Source: Heterodontus francisci (Eukaryota). From it: a stretch of DNA of 64,000 nt. This document shows, piece by piece, positions 49,387 to 61,760 of the stretch (position 1 is its first letter; each line of letters starts with the position of its first letter). Location of the stretch: assembly GCF_036365525.1 (NCBI RefSeq), contig NC_090403.1:35845461-35909460 (forward strand). Direction: 5' to 3'. Under the pieces are notes generated by a model that saw only the letters and a program-made list of their open reading frames with translations, ran no database searches and was not told the origin of the DNA. The position numbers and the translations under genes were made by a program.

Positions 49387-49488
49387 TAAATAAAAACAAG
49401 AAATGCTGGAATCACTCAGCAGGTCTGGCAGCATCTGTGGAAAGAGAAGCAGAGTTAACGTTTCGGGTCAGTGACCCTTCTTCGGAAC
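49387..49488 (-). mobile_element. Short Penelope-tail insertion with hammerhead-like motif (49454-49488)
   Basis: Same CCGAAGA variant as 29565-29603. 14-bp TSD AACAGTCCTAGAAG at 49373-49386 and 49486-49499. Confidence 0.8.
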
Positions 49489-50364
49489 AGTCCTAGAAGG
49501 GCGCACTGGAGGCCGCAGGAACAAAAAGGTAATTTTAAAATTTTTACTTGTGTTAATGAGGAACCAGGAGGAGCAGGAGTTTCCTCACTCTTCCTCTTTC
49601 CCGGATTTGCCTGCAGGTTGGCCTGGCATCCAATCTGGCCAAAATTGGGAAGGTTCAGATCATCTCCAGGTGCAGGGATCTTTCCCTGCAGATATTTGGT
49701 TCCCAAAAAGTGGCACAGACAAATTTCTACCACATAGTCTCTGCTATATCATCTTAGCATTTTTCCTCACATATTCTGGCAACACCACATTCATAGACAT
49801 GTATTAAGCTTCTATCTTTTAGTTTATAGTGGTATACCCTCTAATCCAAGTGCCAGTTCACAATGTTCTTTTGTACAATGTACTTGTCAAGGCGTAGAAT
49901 TTACTAGGGCAGTATACTGTTATTCCATAGGACTTCATAGCACGGGGCATTGTAGTGTTAAATCCACTAATCTGGAGTTAGTCCTGAACTGAAGATGACA
50001 ATGATTACAAAATGGGGGAAAAAAATGAAATGAAAGGCCACTCAAAAAAGTATGTTAAAATAGTGGTATAGATCACACATGAGATAGGTTGTGTTGTCCA
50101 GAGCTGATACTTGAGCTTGCTAAGATTACAGTGACCACCTCTCTAGTTTTGAACCTTGAATCGCATATGAGATAGATTAAGTTGTTGAATGGTGATAGTT
50201 GGGCTTGCAAAGATTAGAGTGACCACTCGTCTGATTTTTGATCCTTGAACCACACAGTCCGGTTTCAAGGCTAACCACCTATCAATTTTGAGGAATGAGA
50301 ACCAGGCTGTAAATTTTCAGTTTTTGAATGCTGTGTTTTAAGAAATTGACTGTACATGGGTGTA

Positions 50365-50697
50365 AGAATATAAGATTGGAATAGGCCATATAGCCCCTTG
50401 AGCCTGCTCCATCTATAAATAAGATCATGGTTAATCTCGACCTCAACTCCACTTTCCCATTTCTTTCCCATATCCCTTGATTCACTTAATGTCCAAAAAT
50501 CTATCAATCTCAGCCTTGAATATACTCAATGACTGAACAGCCACAGCCCTCTCGGGTAGAGAATTCTAAAGATTCACAACCTTCTGATTAAAGAAATTTC
50601 CCCTTATCTCAGTCCTAAATGGCTGACCCCTTTATCTGGAGAATATGCCTCGTAGTTCTACAGTCTCCATCCAGGGGAAACAGCCTCTTAGCATCTG
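50365..50697 (-). mobile_element. CR1 3' fragment
   Basis: Similar to the CR1 tail at 24033-24400. Confidence 0.75.
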
Positions 50698-52001
50698 TGA
50701 TTGAGCACGTGCCAGTACACCTGTTTGCTTTGCCATAAACAGGATATGTTTAAAATTCCCAAACCTCATGTGCATTGGTCAAACAATGGCATCACTCACA
50801 AAGGTGAGAGTTTTGTTTGCTTTGTCCATTGCCATTTTCACCTGGCTTGTCCTGAAAGCTCTAACTCTTGCTGTGGTACAAGTCATGGGTGTTGGCAGCC
50901 CTCTGATACCTCTCCTTTGTGGCCTTTCTTTGATGTTTGCACATTGGCAGCCTCTTCAGCAGTAGGGAGAACAAAACATCCTCATCCAATTTCCACAAAC
51001 ATGTGCTTTCTTGTAAACTGGAAATATGTGTTTTCTTGTAAACTGGATAGCGGTTAGCAGCAGGCGATTCAGCCTGACTTCCTGACCACCCCACCCCCTC
51101 CAACCATAACCCAACAAATCCTGAAGCCAATGTAGGGATCCCTACTGCTGCCTGGCTGAGGTCAGCTAATTCAGCGTGGTTTGGGGGTCGAACATGGGAC
51201 CTTCCAAGTCTATATGGCTCAATATCATACCAAGCAGTACATGTGCCAGTTGGAGCATTGTTGTGCCAACAAAGATTAAAGGATTAAGAATTGAATTCTT
51301 TCTGTAAACTAACAAATTTACAGAAAGAATGGCGGTTGCATTTTTGTAGAAGTTGAGTTCTTTAATTGTTTGAGGTAGATGTTGCTTTTCTCACCTGCAC
51401 TCTACTCTTGAAAGTGTTGACTCTTTGCTGTGATATGGTCAAATGGCTACAGTTGCCTTGCACAAAAAGAATGTTATTAATTTGTGAGGATGAATGGTGA
51501 ATGTTACCATTATAGTCAATTATGGGTCCCATCATATCTAAGCCCGATCCTTACATGTGGATTCCAGCAGGGGTCACTGGATAGCAATCAAGAATGGGAA
51601 TTTTGCCTGATCAATGCCCTTGTTAATGTGGCCATGTGTGAAGATCCAGCTAAGATTAGCTAACTCTGCACAGCGCAGGGATAAAACTCAAAGTTTTTAT
51701 GATGTGTATAGCTCATGCATTCACTGGATATAATTGCTGAGTTGTTGGAAAGATGCACCAGTTGTGGAGTTGACACATGTATTTTTTGTTTTCCCTGTCT
51801 CCAGTAGATGTTATTAATTGCTGGTGGTATGAGTCCCACTGCCTTCTGTTTCCCAGCTGAAGTGGCATTCATTAGTGTGAGGCTAGATGCTGAGTGCTGT
51901 CAAACTTGTGAGCCCACGTAACAGGTAGTGGGGGGTTTTGGGTATGGGGGGATTTTTTGTGGGTGGTGCATCAGAGCAGAGTTTGATTCTTTCTTCTCTG
52001 A

Positions 52002-52456
52002 AAAGAAAGGCTTGCATTTATATAGTGCCTTTTACAATCATCAGACATCTCAAAGCACTTTACAGCCAATGAAGTATTTTTTGAGGTTTAGTCATTGGTG
52101 TAATGCAGCAAACACGACAGTAGGTATGCACACAGCAAACAGCAATGTGATAATGACCAGATAACCTGTTTTTTTCGTGATATTAATTGAGGGATAAATA
52201 TTGGCCAGGACACCAGGGGTAACTCCCCAGCTGCTCTTCGAAATAGTGCTGTGGGATCTTTTCCACCCACCCAAGCAAACAGATGGAGCCTTGGTTTTAC
52301 ATCTCATCCGAAAGGTAGCACCTCCAACAGTGCAGCACTCCTTTAGTACTGCACAGGAGTGTCAAACTTGATTTTTGTGCTGAAGCACTGGAGTGGGAAT
52401 TAAAACCAGAACCTCATGAGTCAGAGGTGAGAGTGCTACCAACTGAGCCATAGCTG
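52002..52456 (-). mobile_element. DeuSINE (SacSINE1-like), near full length
   Basis: Minus-strand head CAGCTATGGCTCAGTTGGTAGCACTCTC, Deu-type body, tail AAAGGCACTATATAAATGCAAG. Confidence 0.85.
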
Positions 52457-54029
52457 TAACTATTATTTTCCCGATGTCTAAACATACATCCTGCTTGTAG
52501 TTTTGGGATTGTGATCTGAAACATAAAAGGATCATAAGAACATAGAAACATGAGTAGGCTATTCAGCCTTTCCAGCCTGTTCCACCACTCAGTTAGATCA
52601 TGGATGATCTGTAAATTAACTTCATATTTCTGCCTTTGTTCCATCACTCTTAGAATTTGTTAAGCAAGAATATTATCAATTCACCTAATCTGAAAAGCTT
52701 TTTAGGCGGGAGAAATTTCCACTACCCTGTTTTCTTTCCTTCCATACCCCAAAGGTACTGAGGCCAATAGTAACAACTTCTATCTTGGCACAGATAATCA
52801 AGCACAGAGTGGGGATCAAATTAGGACCTTCTGCTCTATATGGCCCATCATCACAGAAGGCAGTAGCTGCGCCCACTAATGAAGCTGAGGAGTTAATGTT
52901 GTCTCATTTCTAAAGCTATATTTAAAACATCGTTAAAACGTCTCTCTGTAGGAACCACAACAACATAAATGGATTCAAAAGCAAGTGAATGACAGGCCTG
53001 CCATCATTAACAAAGGTATTCAAACCTTCTTCTGTCACACTTCTAAAAGCATAATTTCTGTTTTCTATGAGAAATGATGTACTTCCTCAGTAATGTTTCC
53101 TGAAAAGTCACCAAATCCTTTGTATGGAATAGAAATTTAGCAAGGTGTGGAAATTAACCTTGAGGCAAAGTGATTTTGTTGAGGGTGCTTCAGTTCTGTG
53201 CTCATTAGTGCATAATGCTGTAGTAATAGCTATTAATGCACTTAACAAAGACACACAGTAAAATGACACAATGACATAAGAATCCAATGGTTGACCTTAA
53301 GCCACCAGCAGAATGCTATCGGTAGGGACTATTCAGGTCTTTTCTACTGTTTGAACATGTGCAGTGGCTAGCATAGTTTTACCTGGACAACAATAGCCCT
53401 AGTGCAGCAGGGGGTCTCTGGCCTGCAGCTAGAATAAGCATCGGTCAATGTCCGCATGATTGCTTGGCAAACCAGTGTTTACAGAGAATCAGTCACTATC
53501 CCAAGCCCTGCATCCTCAGTGCTTAAAGGTTGTTCATTCCCATGGGGAAGTGGCAGAATTTTAGCAACAGCTTAGAACAGCCTAAGCTGGGCAATAGCTT
53601 GAGGGTCAGGGTGGGGAACATATCAGTACAATCAAAGACCACAAGATAAATACAGATAAGGGAGGCCATTCAGCCATTGTATCCCAGTAAGCCAAAAAAA
53701 ACTTGCTTGTCTCCCATCATGTCCTCTAATTACACCTTGAATGAAAAGCCACTTTTATGCTGCACCAATGCTGCCAATTTCCTCAAATGTCAGTGCAACC
53801 CAAATGTAAAACTGCCAGGGCTTTATAAGACTGTCTGTTGGGAAGACCCAGGTTCAGCCCACTGGTATTAACAGGTCCAAGTGGCTTTATACTTTAGTTT
53901 GCAGCTACCTGCATGAGACCCACAGTTGGGAACCTGATGGTACGAGCATTATATCAAAGCAAATTAAGATTTACATTGCCACTCCTCCACTAATAGGGCC
54001 ATTCCTTAAACCCTCCTCCACATCTTTCT

Positions 54030-54570
54030 CACCTCCAAACATGACTATTCCAATAGTCTGCTTGTTGGCCTCCCATTCTAACCCCTCTGTAAACTTCAGC
54101 TCAGTCAAACTCTGCTTCCTGTATCCTATGTTGCATCAAGTTCTGCTTAGCGTCACCACTGTTGTCGCTGACAAACATTTGGCTCCCATTCCCCCAGTGG
54201 CACAATTTTAAAATTCCTATTTACGTGTTTAAATCCCTTCATGGTCTCGCCCCTCCCTATCTCTGTATCCTCCTCCAGCCCTATAACATCCCCCATCCCA
54301 CCCAGAAAGCTCTTCATTCCTTAAAATCTGGACTCTTGTACATCCTCCCCTACCATCAGGGTTGTGCTTTCAGCCATCTCGACTCCATAAACTGCAATTT
54401 CTTCCCTAGACCGCTCCACTTCTTCACCTCCCTCGTCTCCTTTAAGACTCTACTTTCAACTTAACTCTTCAAATAATTTTATAGTTAGCCATCCTAACAT
54501 GTTCCTCCCTTCTAATAGCTTTTTTGATTACGCCTCTATGAAGCACCTTGGAACACTACTCCACATTAAA
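54030..54570 (+). mobile_element. Older L2 3' fragment
   Basis: WLPFPQ..NFKIPIYVFKSLHGLAPPYL. Similar to 27470-28000. Confidence 0.72.
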
Positions 54571-54764
54571 AGAGATGATGATGTAAAGAAAGAAACAAAA
54601 CTGCAGTATACACTAATCTTTAAATCTAGAAACTACAAGATGCCTGAGCCTGCCACTTTGCTTTTTAGTTGATCCAAAACTGAATACTAATGTTATATTG
54701 ATGTATCTATTCTGCTCTGAATAGTACTTTGATAATTGTATTTCGCATTAAAAAACGGATTAAA

Positions 54765-55170
54765 TAGAAGCAGGAATAGGCCCGTCGAGCCTGTTCTGCC
54801 ATTCAATAAGATCATGGCTGATCTTCTACCTCAACTTCACTTTCCCACCTTATCCCCAGTTCCACTGATTCCCTTAGAGCCCAAAAATTGATCTCAGTCT
54901 TGAATATACTCATTGTCTAAGCATCCACAGCCTATTGGGATCGAGTATTCCAAAGATTTACAACCCTCAGAAGAAATTTCTCCTCATCTCAGTCCTAAAT
55001 GGCTGATCTAGACTATGCAGGGACAACAACCTCTCAGGCATCTACCCTGACAAGCCCTCTAAGAAACATTATAAGTTTCAAAGAAGTCACCTTTCATTCT
55101 CCTAAACTCCAGAAAATATAAGCCCATTCTACTCAATCTGTCCTCATAGGACAACTGCTCATCCCAGAAA
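54765..55170 (-). mobile_element. CR1 3' fragment
   Basis: Similar to 24050-24510 and 50365-50697. Confidence 0.75.
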
Positions 55171-56099
55171 TTATAAAACTCTACAAGATTAAAATAATTG
55201 ATTTTGTATGAATAAAAAAATGCACCCCTTGTCTTTCCTGTCCTCTCTGTAGTAAGCTTTGGAAATATTACATCATGTTCTTTAAATCAAAAAGCAATGT
55301 CATTATGTAACCAAATTATATCCAGTTTCAGGAGAGTGATGCTATAGCAACCTCAGTGCACCAGCCTCCTTCATTAATATCACTCACCCAGTCATCCTCT
55401 CTATAGGTTGCCAATTGGGAATGCAAAGACCCATGAAAAAGAGTCTAATGCTGATGGAAAACAGATCAAGGAGAGTGGGGTGTGAAATGTGTCTTTAAAA
55501 CGGTTTGTTAACTATATAAAACAAAATGTCTCAACTCTCAATGCACTAGCTGTGTTTCTTTTGTGAAGGTCCTGTTAAAACAAGTGGTCAAGAATTTTGG
55601 ACATTTAGCAGAATGTTGTAGACATTAATGATGTTTCAATGAATTGGTGTTGGCTTCATGCAAGATATTAACGTGTGTTCCTGCTGACTGATTCCTGTGA
55701 AGAACTGCCAGGCAAGTACTTATGTACTTATTCTAATCATTGTATGTCAGTATTTATATTGATGAATTGTATCTCATGATATAGCATCTGTTTGTCTAGA
55801 AAACCCTTACTGAAGCATCCAAAAACAAGGTCTACTGATTTTGTTAGGTTGACAAGTTACTTCACAGCATAGGAATTTCAAGGATTAAAAATTGGCCCTT
55901 TTTTGCTGCAAATATCCAGCTCATTTTGAGGTCTGAGATTGAGTCAGGAAGAATTCCATAATATAAAAGCTCACTCCAACAGTAAGACCACAAGATGTCT
56001 GAGCAGATGAATGAAGTCAGGCAAAACTTGCTTCATTAAAAAGAGAGAACTTGCTTTAATATAGTGCCTCATCACACTCTCAGGATGTCCCAAAGTCCT

Positions 56100-57892
56100 G
56101 TATACCAATGGATTAGAAGACTGTATTGACAGAGTGGGCAGTGACAAGTGTCTTACAGAGATAGATTTGTTAAAGGGATACTGGCAAATTCCTTTAGCAC
56201 CCCAAGATAAGGAAGAATCGGTTTTTGTCACACTGGTTGGGGTTTTCCAGTATCAAGTGATACCACACAAGTTAATTAATATTCGCAAAACCTCTCCGAG
56301 CCTAGTGAACCCACTAGTGGCCAGTGTCCTAGCTGTGCAGTTCACCTTGCTGAGGTGCTGGTCGACAGGGACACTTGGAAGGAACACATGAAACAACAGG
56401 AAGACTATGTTCAGAAGGTTGCAATTGGCTGATTGGGAGAACCTTTTTGAAAAAAATTAAAAAAACAAAATGCCAGAGAATTCAGATGGAGTTTATTGTT
56501 GCAGCCTTATCACTTGAAAATTGTACACATTTCAGGAAAAAAAACAATGTTATCGCAGATACTTTGTCACAAATTTAACCTTATTGAGTTACATGAGTAA
56601 CAATGATACAAAGCAAAATTGTATTAACTACCAGTGGAGTGAATGATGGGCATGAATGCGAAAATATGTTTAAAATGTTCTTTCAATTGCTGGTTTACAT
56701 TGTATTGAAATGCATTTAAGAATGGTGTTTCATTGCACCAAGGGTAGAGGTGTCGCAAGAGTTTTTTTTATTTGAAAGCTTAGAATTCTGTGTGTTTTTT
56801 AAAAGGCTGAGAAAAAGGATTTTCTGTGAACATTGAATGCTGAAACTTGGTGTTTGAACTGAGTGGGACAGACGGCAAGACACCTGTTCCAAACAGCAGC
56901 AAGGGAAATGACAGGTCACAGACTTGATTGTTTGAGTTTCAGTTTCATTTCTACATTTATAAAAGACCAATGAACTGTACAGGCAGGAGGCAGAACAAAC
57001 TGGCTGGGACCTGTTTTTCACAGACCAGATAAAAAGACCTCTCCCTGAAAAAGAAGGTTTGCCTCTCTTGTAAAAAGAAATTCTATATTTGAGGTGGTGG
57101 CTGTGGTCTGCCTGGAGAGAGAAAAGACCCCTCAAGAGGAAAAGACCCAGCAAAAGAAGAGTTGCTGCTCTCTGTGGAAAAAGACTCCTTTTCTGAGAGG
57201 AAGTCTTGCATTTTAAAAGGTAGCAGATTCCTATTGCCTCCAGTCTCTGAAAAATATCTGCCTCAGGAATGATTCCTGTTGCCTCTTAAGTTTGGGAGAT
57301 CCTGAAAGCTCAAGAAAGCTTAGATTGCTAGACTGCTATTTTTAAAAACCCAAGTAGCCCTGTTGCTACACCTTTTGCTGAAATACCTGTGTGATGCCTG
57401 CTGGAGACAAAGTGGCTTGAACGCCTACCCATCACAGACTGTTCATCAACCTCATCTGGAGAGATTTCAAGTGGCATCTGACTATTTGACTCTGGGACAC
57501 CTCACCAACCTTGAAATATCCTACCAGAATGTTACAATCCAGTTATTTTATTATTCCTAAGAAACAGCAGTTGTAAACCAAAACATCCTTTTAAAACTGG
57601 TTAATCTTTTTTTTAATGTATGTGTGTGTGCATGAGGGTTAGGAAGAATAAGAAGTTTGAGAAGGATCCTTTCACATATAGAGTTATCTCATTATTGTTT
57701 AAGACTTAGTTTATTAATAAATAGTTAATTTTGTTGTTTAAAGAAACCTGGTTTGGTGTGCTTTATTCTGGGGGACAAATAGAATGTTTGATTTGGCTAC
57801 TTTCTGGAGGTGGGAAACTTTACTAATTTGCTATGACCTGTGGAGTAGTAGGACTGAATTAACAGTGCATTACACCCACCTTGGTCATAGCA
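56100..57892 (+). mobile_element. Gypsy (Gmr1-like) LTR retrotransposon remnant: RT, RNase H end, PPT, 3' LTR (56751-57892)
   Basis: IDLLKGYWQIPL....ESVFVT..GVFQYQV (RT); NVIADTLSQI* (RNase H end). PPT AAGGGTAGAGG at 56740-56750 directly before TGT. AATAAA at 57716-57721. LTR ends ...GGTCATAGCA. Confidence 0.75.
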
Positions 57893-60049
57893 CTAGAAAT
57901 AGCCTCTCAGCGCTGCACTGAAACGTCATCTGGATTATATGGTCAAATCCAGAAAAGGGCTTGAACCCACAGCATTTTGACTTGCAAGACGAGAGTGCTA
58001 CTAATTAAGTCAAGCTGACAGAAGCTAGGATTTTTTTTATGTTCTTGGAAGGAAATGGAGAGATTAATTAACCCCTTTACAAGTTTGGTTCATCACCATC
58101 TATGTTTGCTAATTGCACTATCACTCTGATGCTGAACCATATCCCAAAACCTTTCATGTCATTGTGAAAATGGCAGTATAATGCACAAACAAAAATATAA
58201 ATTACTGGAAAGACTCAGCGGGTCAGGCAACATTGCTGGAGAGAACTGGTAAGTTAATGTTTTGGATGTGAGTCCTTTTCCAAAACTGGATAATATTGTC
58301 AATGAACGGCATTTAAAAAACAGAAGGAAGAAAACCACACCCATGTGCCCACACATCCACACCCTAATATGCTTAAGTGGAGTTATTTACTTTATGACTA
58401 GAAGTCAAGAGTGCTATGAATTGTACGCATTATTTCTCTGTGCATTTCCATCAAGTGAGACACTGCACAAGGACCATAGTTTTTCAAAAAGTTTACCCTT
58501 TAGTGACACAGGAACAGGAGTCAGCCATTTAGACCCTCAAGCCTGTTCCACTGGTGCTTAAGGAGAGCATGACTGATCTGCGACTAACTCGATACACCCA
58601 ACTTTTCCCCTTATTCATTATATTTTTGTGAACCAAAGGTATTATCAATCTCCGTTTTAAAATTAACAATTGACCCAGCATCAGTTTTCCAAGAAAACCT
58701 TTTTTGGAAGCTGTGCATATTGCACAGGTGACGATACTTGAGTTTTCTCATTCTGCCCACTGTGAACCCTTGACCCTGGGTAAGGGAAGTAATGCTGCCA
58801 CCAATTTTCAGGAGTGCCCACATTCAAACGTCTGTACCCCCAAAGTGATCCTATTTATTTTTAAACCATCCTGTTCAGGACCAAGGACATTTGCAATAAA
58901 TTTATCATTGTAACTAAATTTTGAAGGTGTTCTCCGTTTCAAATAGCGATGCTTTGATCTGACTTCTTTCTACCCAGTTCAATCCAAAAATCTCTGTTTT
59001 AAACCTGATTACAACTTAATCACTCATAATGATCAATCAGGCCTCAAGGCTACCATTATAGATATCTCTTTATGTATTGATGTGGCATTCCATTCATTGG
59101 AATCTAGCGATATAACAGTTGCCAGTGAGTTAAAACCACCAGAGTAGAGTGGGCCGCAGCAGTGTTAAGGCCTACTGGGGAGTATTTTCCTGCTTTTTGC
59201 TCCTGGTGTGCAAATGCAATGCTAAATTGGAAAGTTATTCCTAAAGATGCAATGCGCTGAGTTTGATTTCACTGAGAGCTAGTAATAAGATATTGTTAAA
59301 AGATATCAGCTTTTAGTTTATGCACCTACTAATACTATCTTTTGCAAATGCTTGTGTTTGTCAAGGCAATGAATGCGAGTTGGAGGGATGAAACACTTTT
59401 GATTTTGGTATGCAATATCAGGATCAAGGAAATGAGCCTGAGGCTCAGTGCTAACATTCCCAAGTGATGAGTTCAAGCACCACACCATGCAGTCCCGGCG
59501 ACTGGAGATTACAATATGGGGCAGGATTTTTGGGTCCCGATTGGGGCTGAGTGCAGACGTGGGGCAGGTGTGAAAATTAATTCTGCCGGCCAGAGTGTCG
59601 GTTTTATGTCACTGTTTTTGCCGCTGGCGATGTTGTTCAGGATGGAGGTAGGCAGGCCTCAGAACCCCATGCAAGTTGGCCTCTCAAACTCACACCTCAC
59701 AGCACTGCTCGCTATGCCAGTAGCCATCAAAGTCACTGCAGCCTTGAACTTTACCTTTGGCTCTTTCCAAGGATCAGCAGCAGGAGATGAGGCCAACTAA
59801 TCTTGTTAATAAGTCAGCCCATTTAAGGGCCAGTTTGGAATTTTGTTGGGGGTGCACTGGGGTTGCACACTGGATTAGGGACAGTCCAGGTGCACGGAGG
59901 TGGCAACACAGCGGGGACCCAGTCATGGCTGCATCATGAAATTAGATGGGCCTATAAAGAGAGAGACTGAGCCATTGGCACACAGGTACCATCGGGTGAG
60001 CAGAGGTAGCGGAGTGAGTGGTCTGTATTTGTTTGGGCAGTGGAGGGGG

Positions 60050-61330
60050 TCATGATTTTCCTGGCATTGTGAGGCCGTGGAGGGGTTGGGCTCCAGAAAT
60101 TCTGTGAATGCAGCTGAGCAGAAGCAAGGCAACAGCTGGAGATGGAATTACGGTTCTCAGATGTTGGGTCGCGTGGCGAGGAGGATCAATATCCTCATCG
60201 TCAGAGGCAGAGCCCAGGGCTTGAGGAGGGAAGAGGAGAGGAAGGAAGGGCACGGAGGCAAAGAAGGCCATACACTCAGCATTGAGTGTACTGCCAAAGA
60301 CGAAGCTACCTGTACATGTCAGAGAACCAGTGCTGCAGGAGACTGAGATTTGTGCCCTAGTCATGGACAACCTCACACCTCACAGCACTGCTCGCTATGC
60401 CAGTAGCCATCAAAGTCACTGCAGCCTTGAACTTCACCTTTGGCTCCTTCCAAGGATCAATAGCAGACTTAGTGATGTCTCTCAAGCGGCAGCACACCTT
60501 TGCATCTCACAGGTCATTGATGTCCTATTTGTGAGAGCTGGGCAGTACATACAATTTCAAACAGATGGGACCTCACAGGCATAAAGGGCAGTGGGACTTA
60601 CCTCCATCGCTGGATTCCTGCAGGTGCACAGCATCATCGATTACACCCATATGGCACTGAGTGAGCAGCCAATGAGATTCACCAACAGGAAGGGCTTCCA
60701 TCCCCTCAACATTTAACTGGTCTGTGACCACAATAAGAGCTTCATGCATGTGTACACTCACTATCCTGGCAGTTGCCATGACACCTTCATCCTCTGGAAG
60801 TCCAGGGTGCCTCAACACTTCATTCTATCCCCCAAACTTCATGGATGGATTCTAGAGGATGAGGGATATCCCTTGAAGAAATGGTTACTCAACCCATTCA
60901 TGAATCGGAGACAAAACCACAGAGGCAATGCAACCGAAGCCATCTGCTCGCAAGGACCACCATCGAGCAGGTCATCGGGCTTCGGAAGATGTGGCTTTAT
61001 AGCCTGCAGTGCCTAGACCAATCAGGCGGTGCCCTGCAGTACACTCCTGCAAGGGTCTCAAGCATTATGGTGGTCTGCTGTGTCTCCATAACATGGCCCT
61101 CCAGAGGGGTGCAGACCTTGAAGACTGGAAAGACACAGCACATTGGAGGAAAAGGAAGAGTGGGAGGTCAAAAAGGAGGAGGAGGAAGAGGAAGAGGAAG
61201 ATGCAGAGCAGAGAGGTTCCCCAGCTGGATAGAGAGATGGCTGGGGTTGGCGCAGGATTTGAGAGTCTCGCAAGAATGCCAACAAAGTCAGGGAGCATCG
61301 GATGCAGGAATGTTTCAGCTGAGCCTTTCT
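60050..61330 (+). pseudogene. Harbinger transposase pseudogene
   Basis: MPVAIKVTAALNF; SQAAAHLCISQV; IIDYTH; NRKGFHPLNI*LVCDH; YPGSCHDTFIL; GWILEDEGYPLKKWLL; ARTTIEQVIG; CLDQSGGALQY. Confidence 0.88.
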
Positions 61331-61487
61331 AACCCAGGAGGACTGTATGCTCTGGAACTCACTTTGAGCTGCCTGTGAAAATATTCTCATTGAAGACACA
61401 ACCTTGAATGGATCCGTTCTTACTGCAATGAATGATACACATCTGTCCAGTGGTCTCACCGTCCCCCATCTTCCCTTGGCCACCTCT

Positions 61488-61760
61488 TAAACCTGTTTCA
61501 GCACTGCACCCAATTCCTCTGCACTACACTCCTGCTGCTGACAAGTCCAGCCACCTCCAGCAATGCCTATTTTGTTTGGCTGCATGGTCTTCTGCCACCC
61601 TCTGGAAAGACGACCTCCCTCATCTCCCTCACAGCCTCCAGGAGCACCTAAGGTCAGCATTAGTGAAGCGAGTTCCAGCACTGCCTGGGTACCAAGCCTC
61701 TGCCGCCTCCTACTGCTGCCCTGGTGCTTGCATCCTGCTTCCAAATGGCTGCCTCAGTCA
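61488..61760 (-). pseudogene. Harbinger Myb/SANT-like exon 1 remnant
   Basis: RFTNADL / VLLEAVREMREVVFPEGGRRPCSQTK*ALLEVAGLVSSRSVVQRNWVQC*NRF across one frameshift. Confidence 0.72.
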
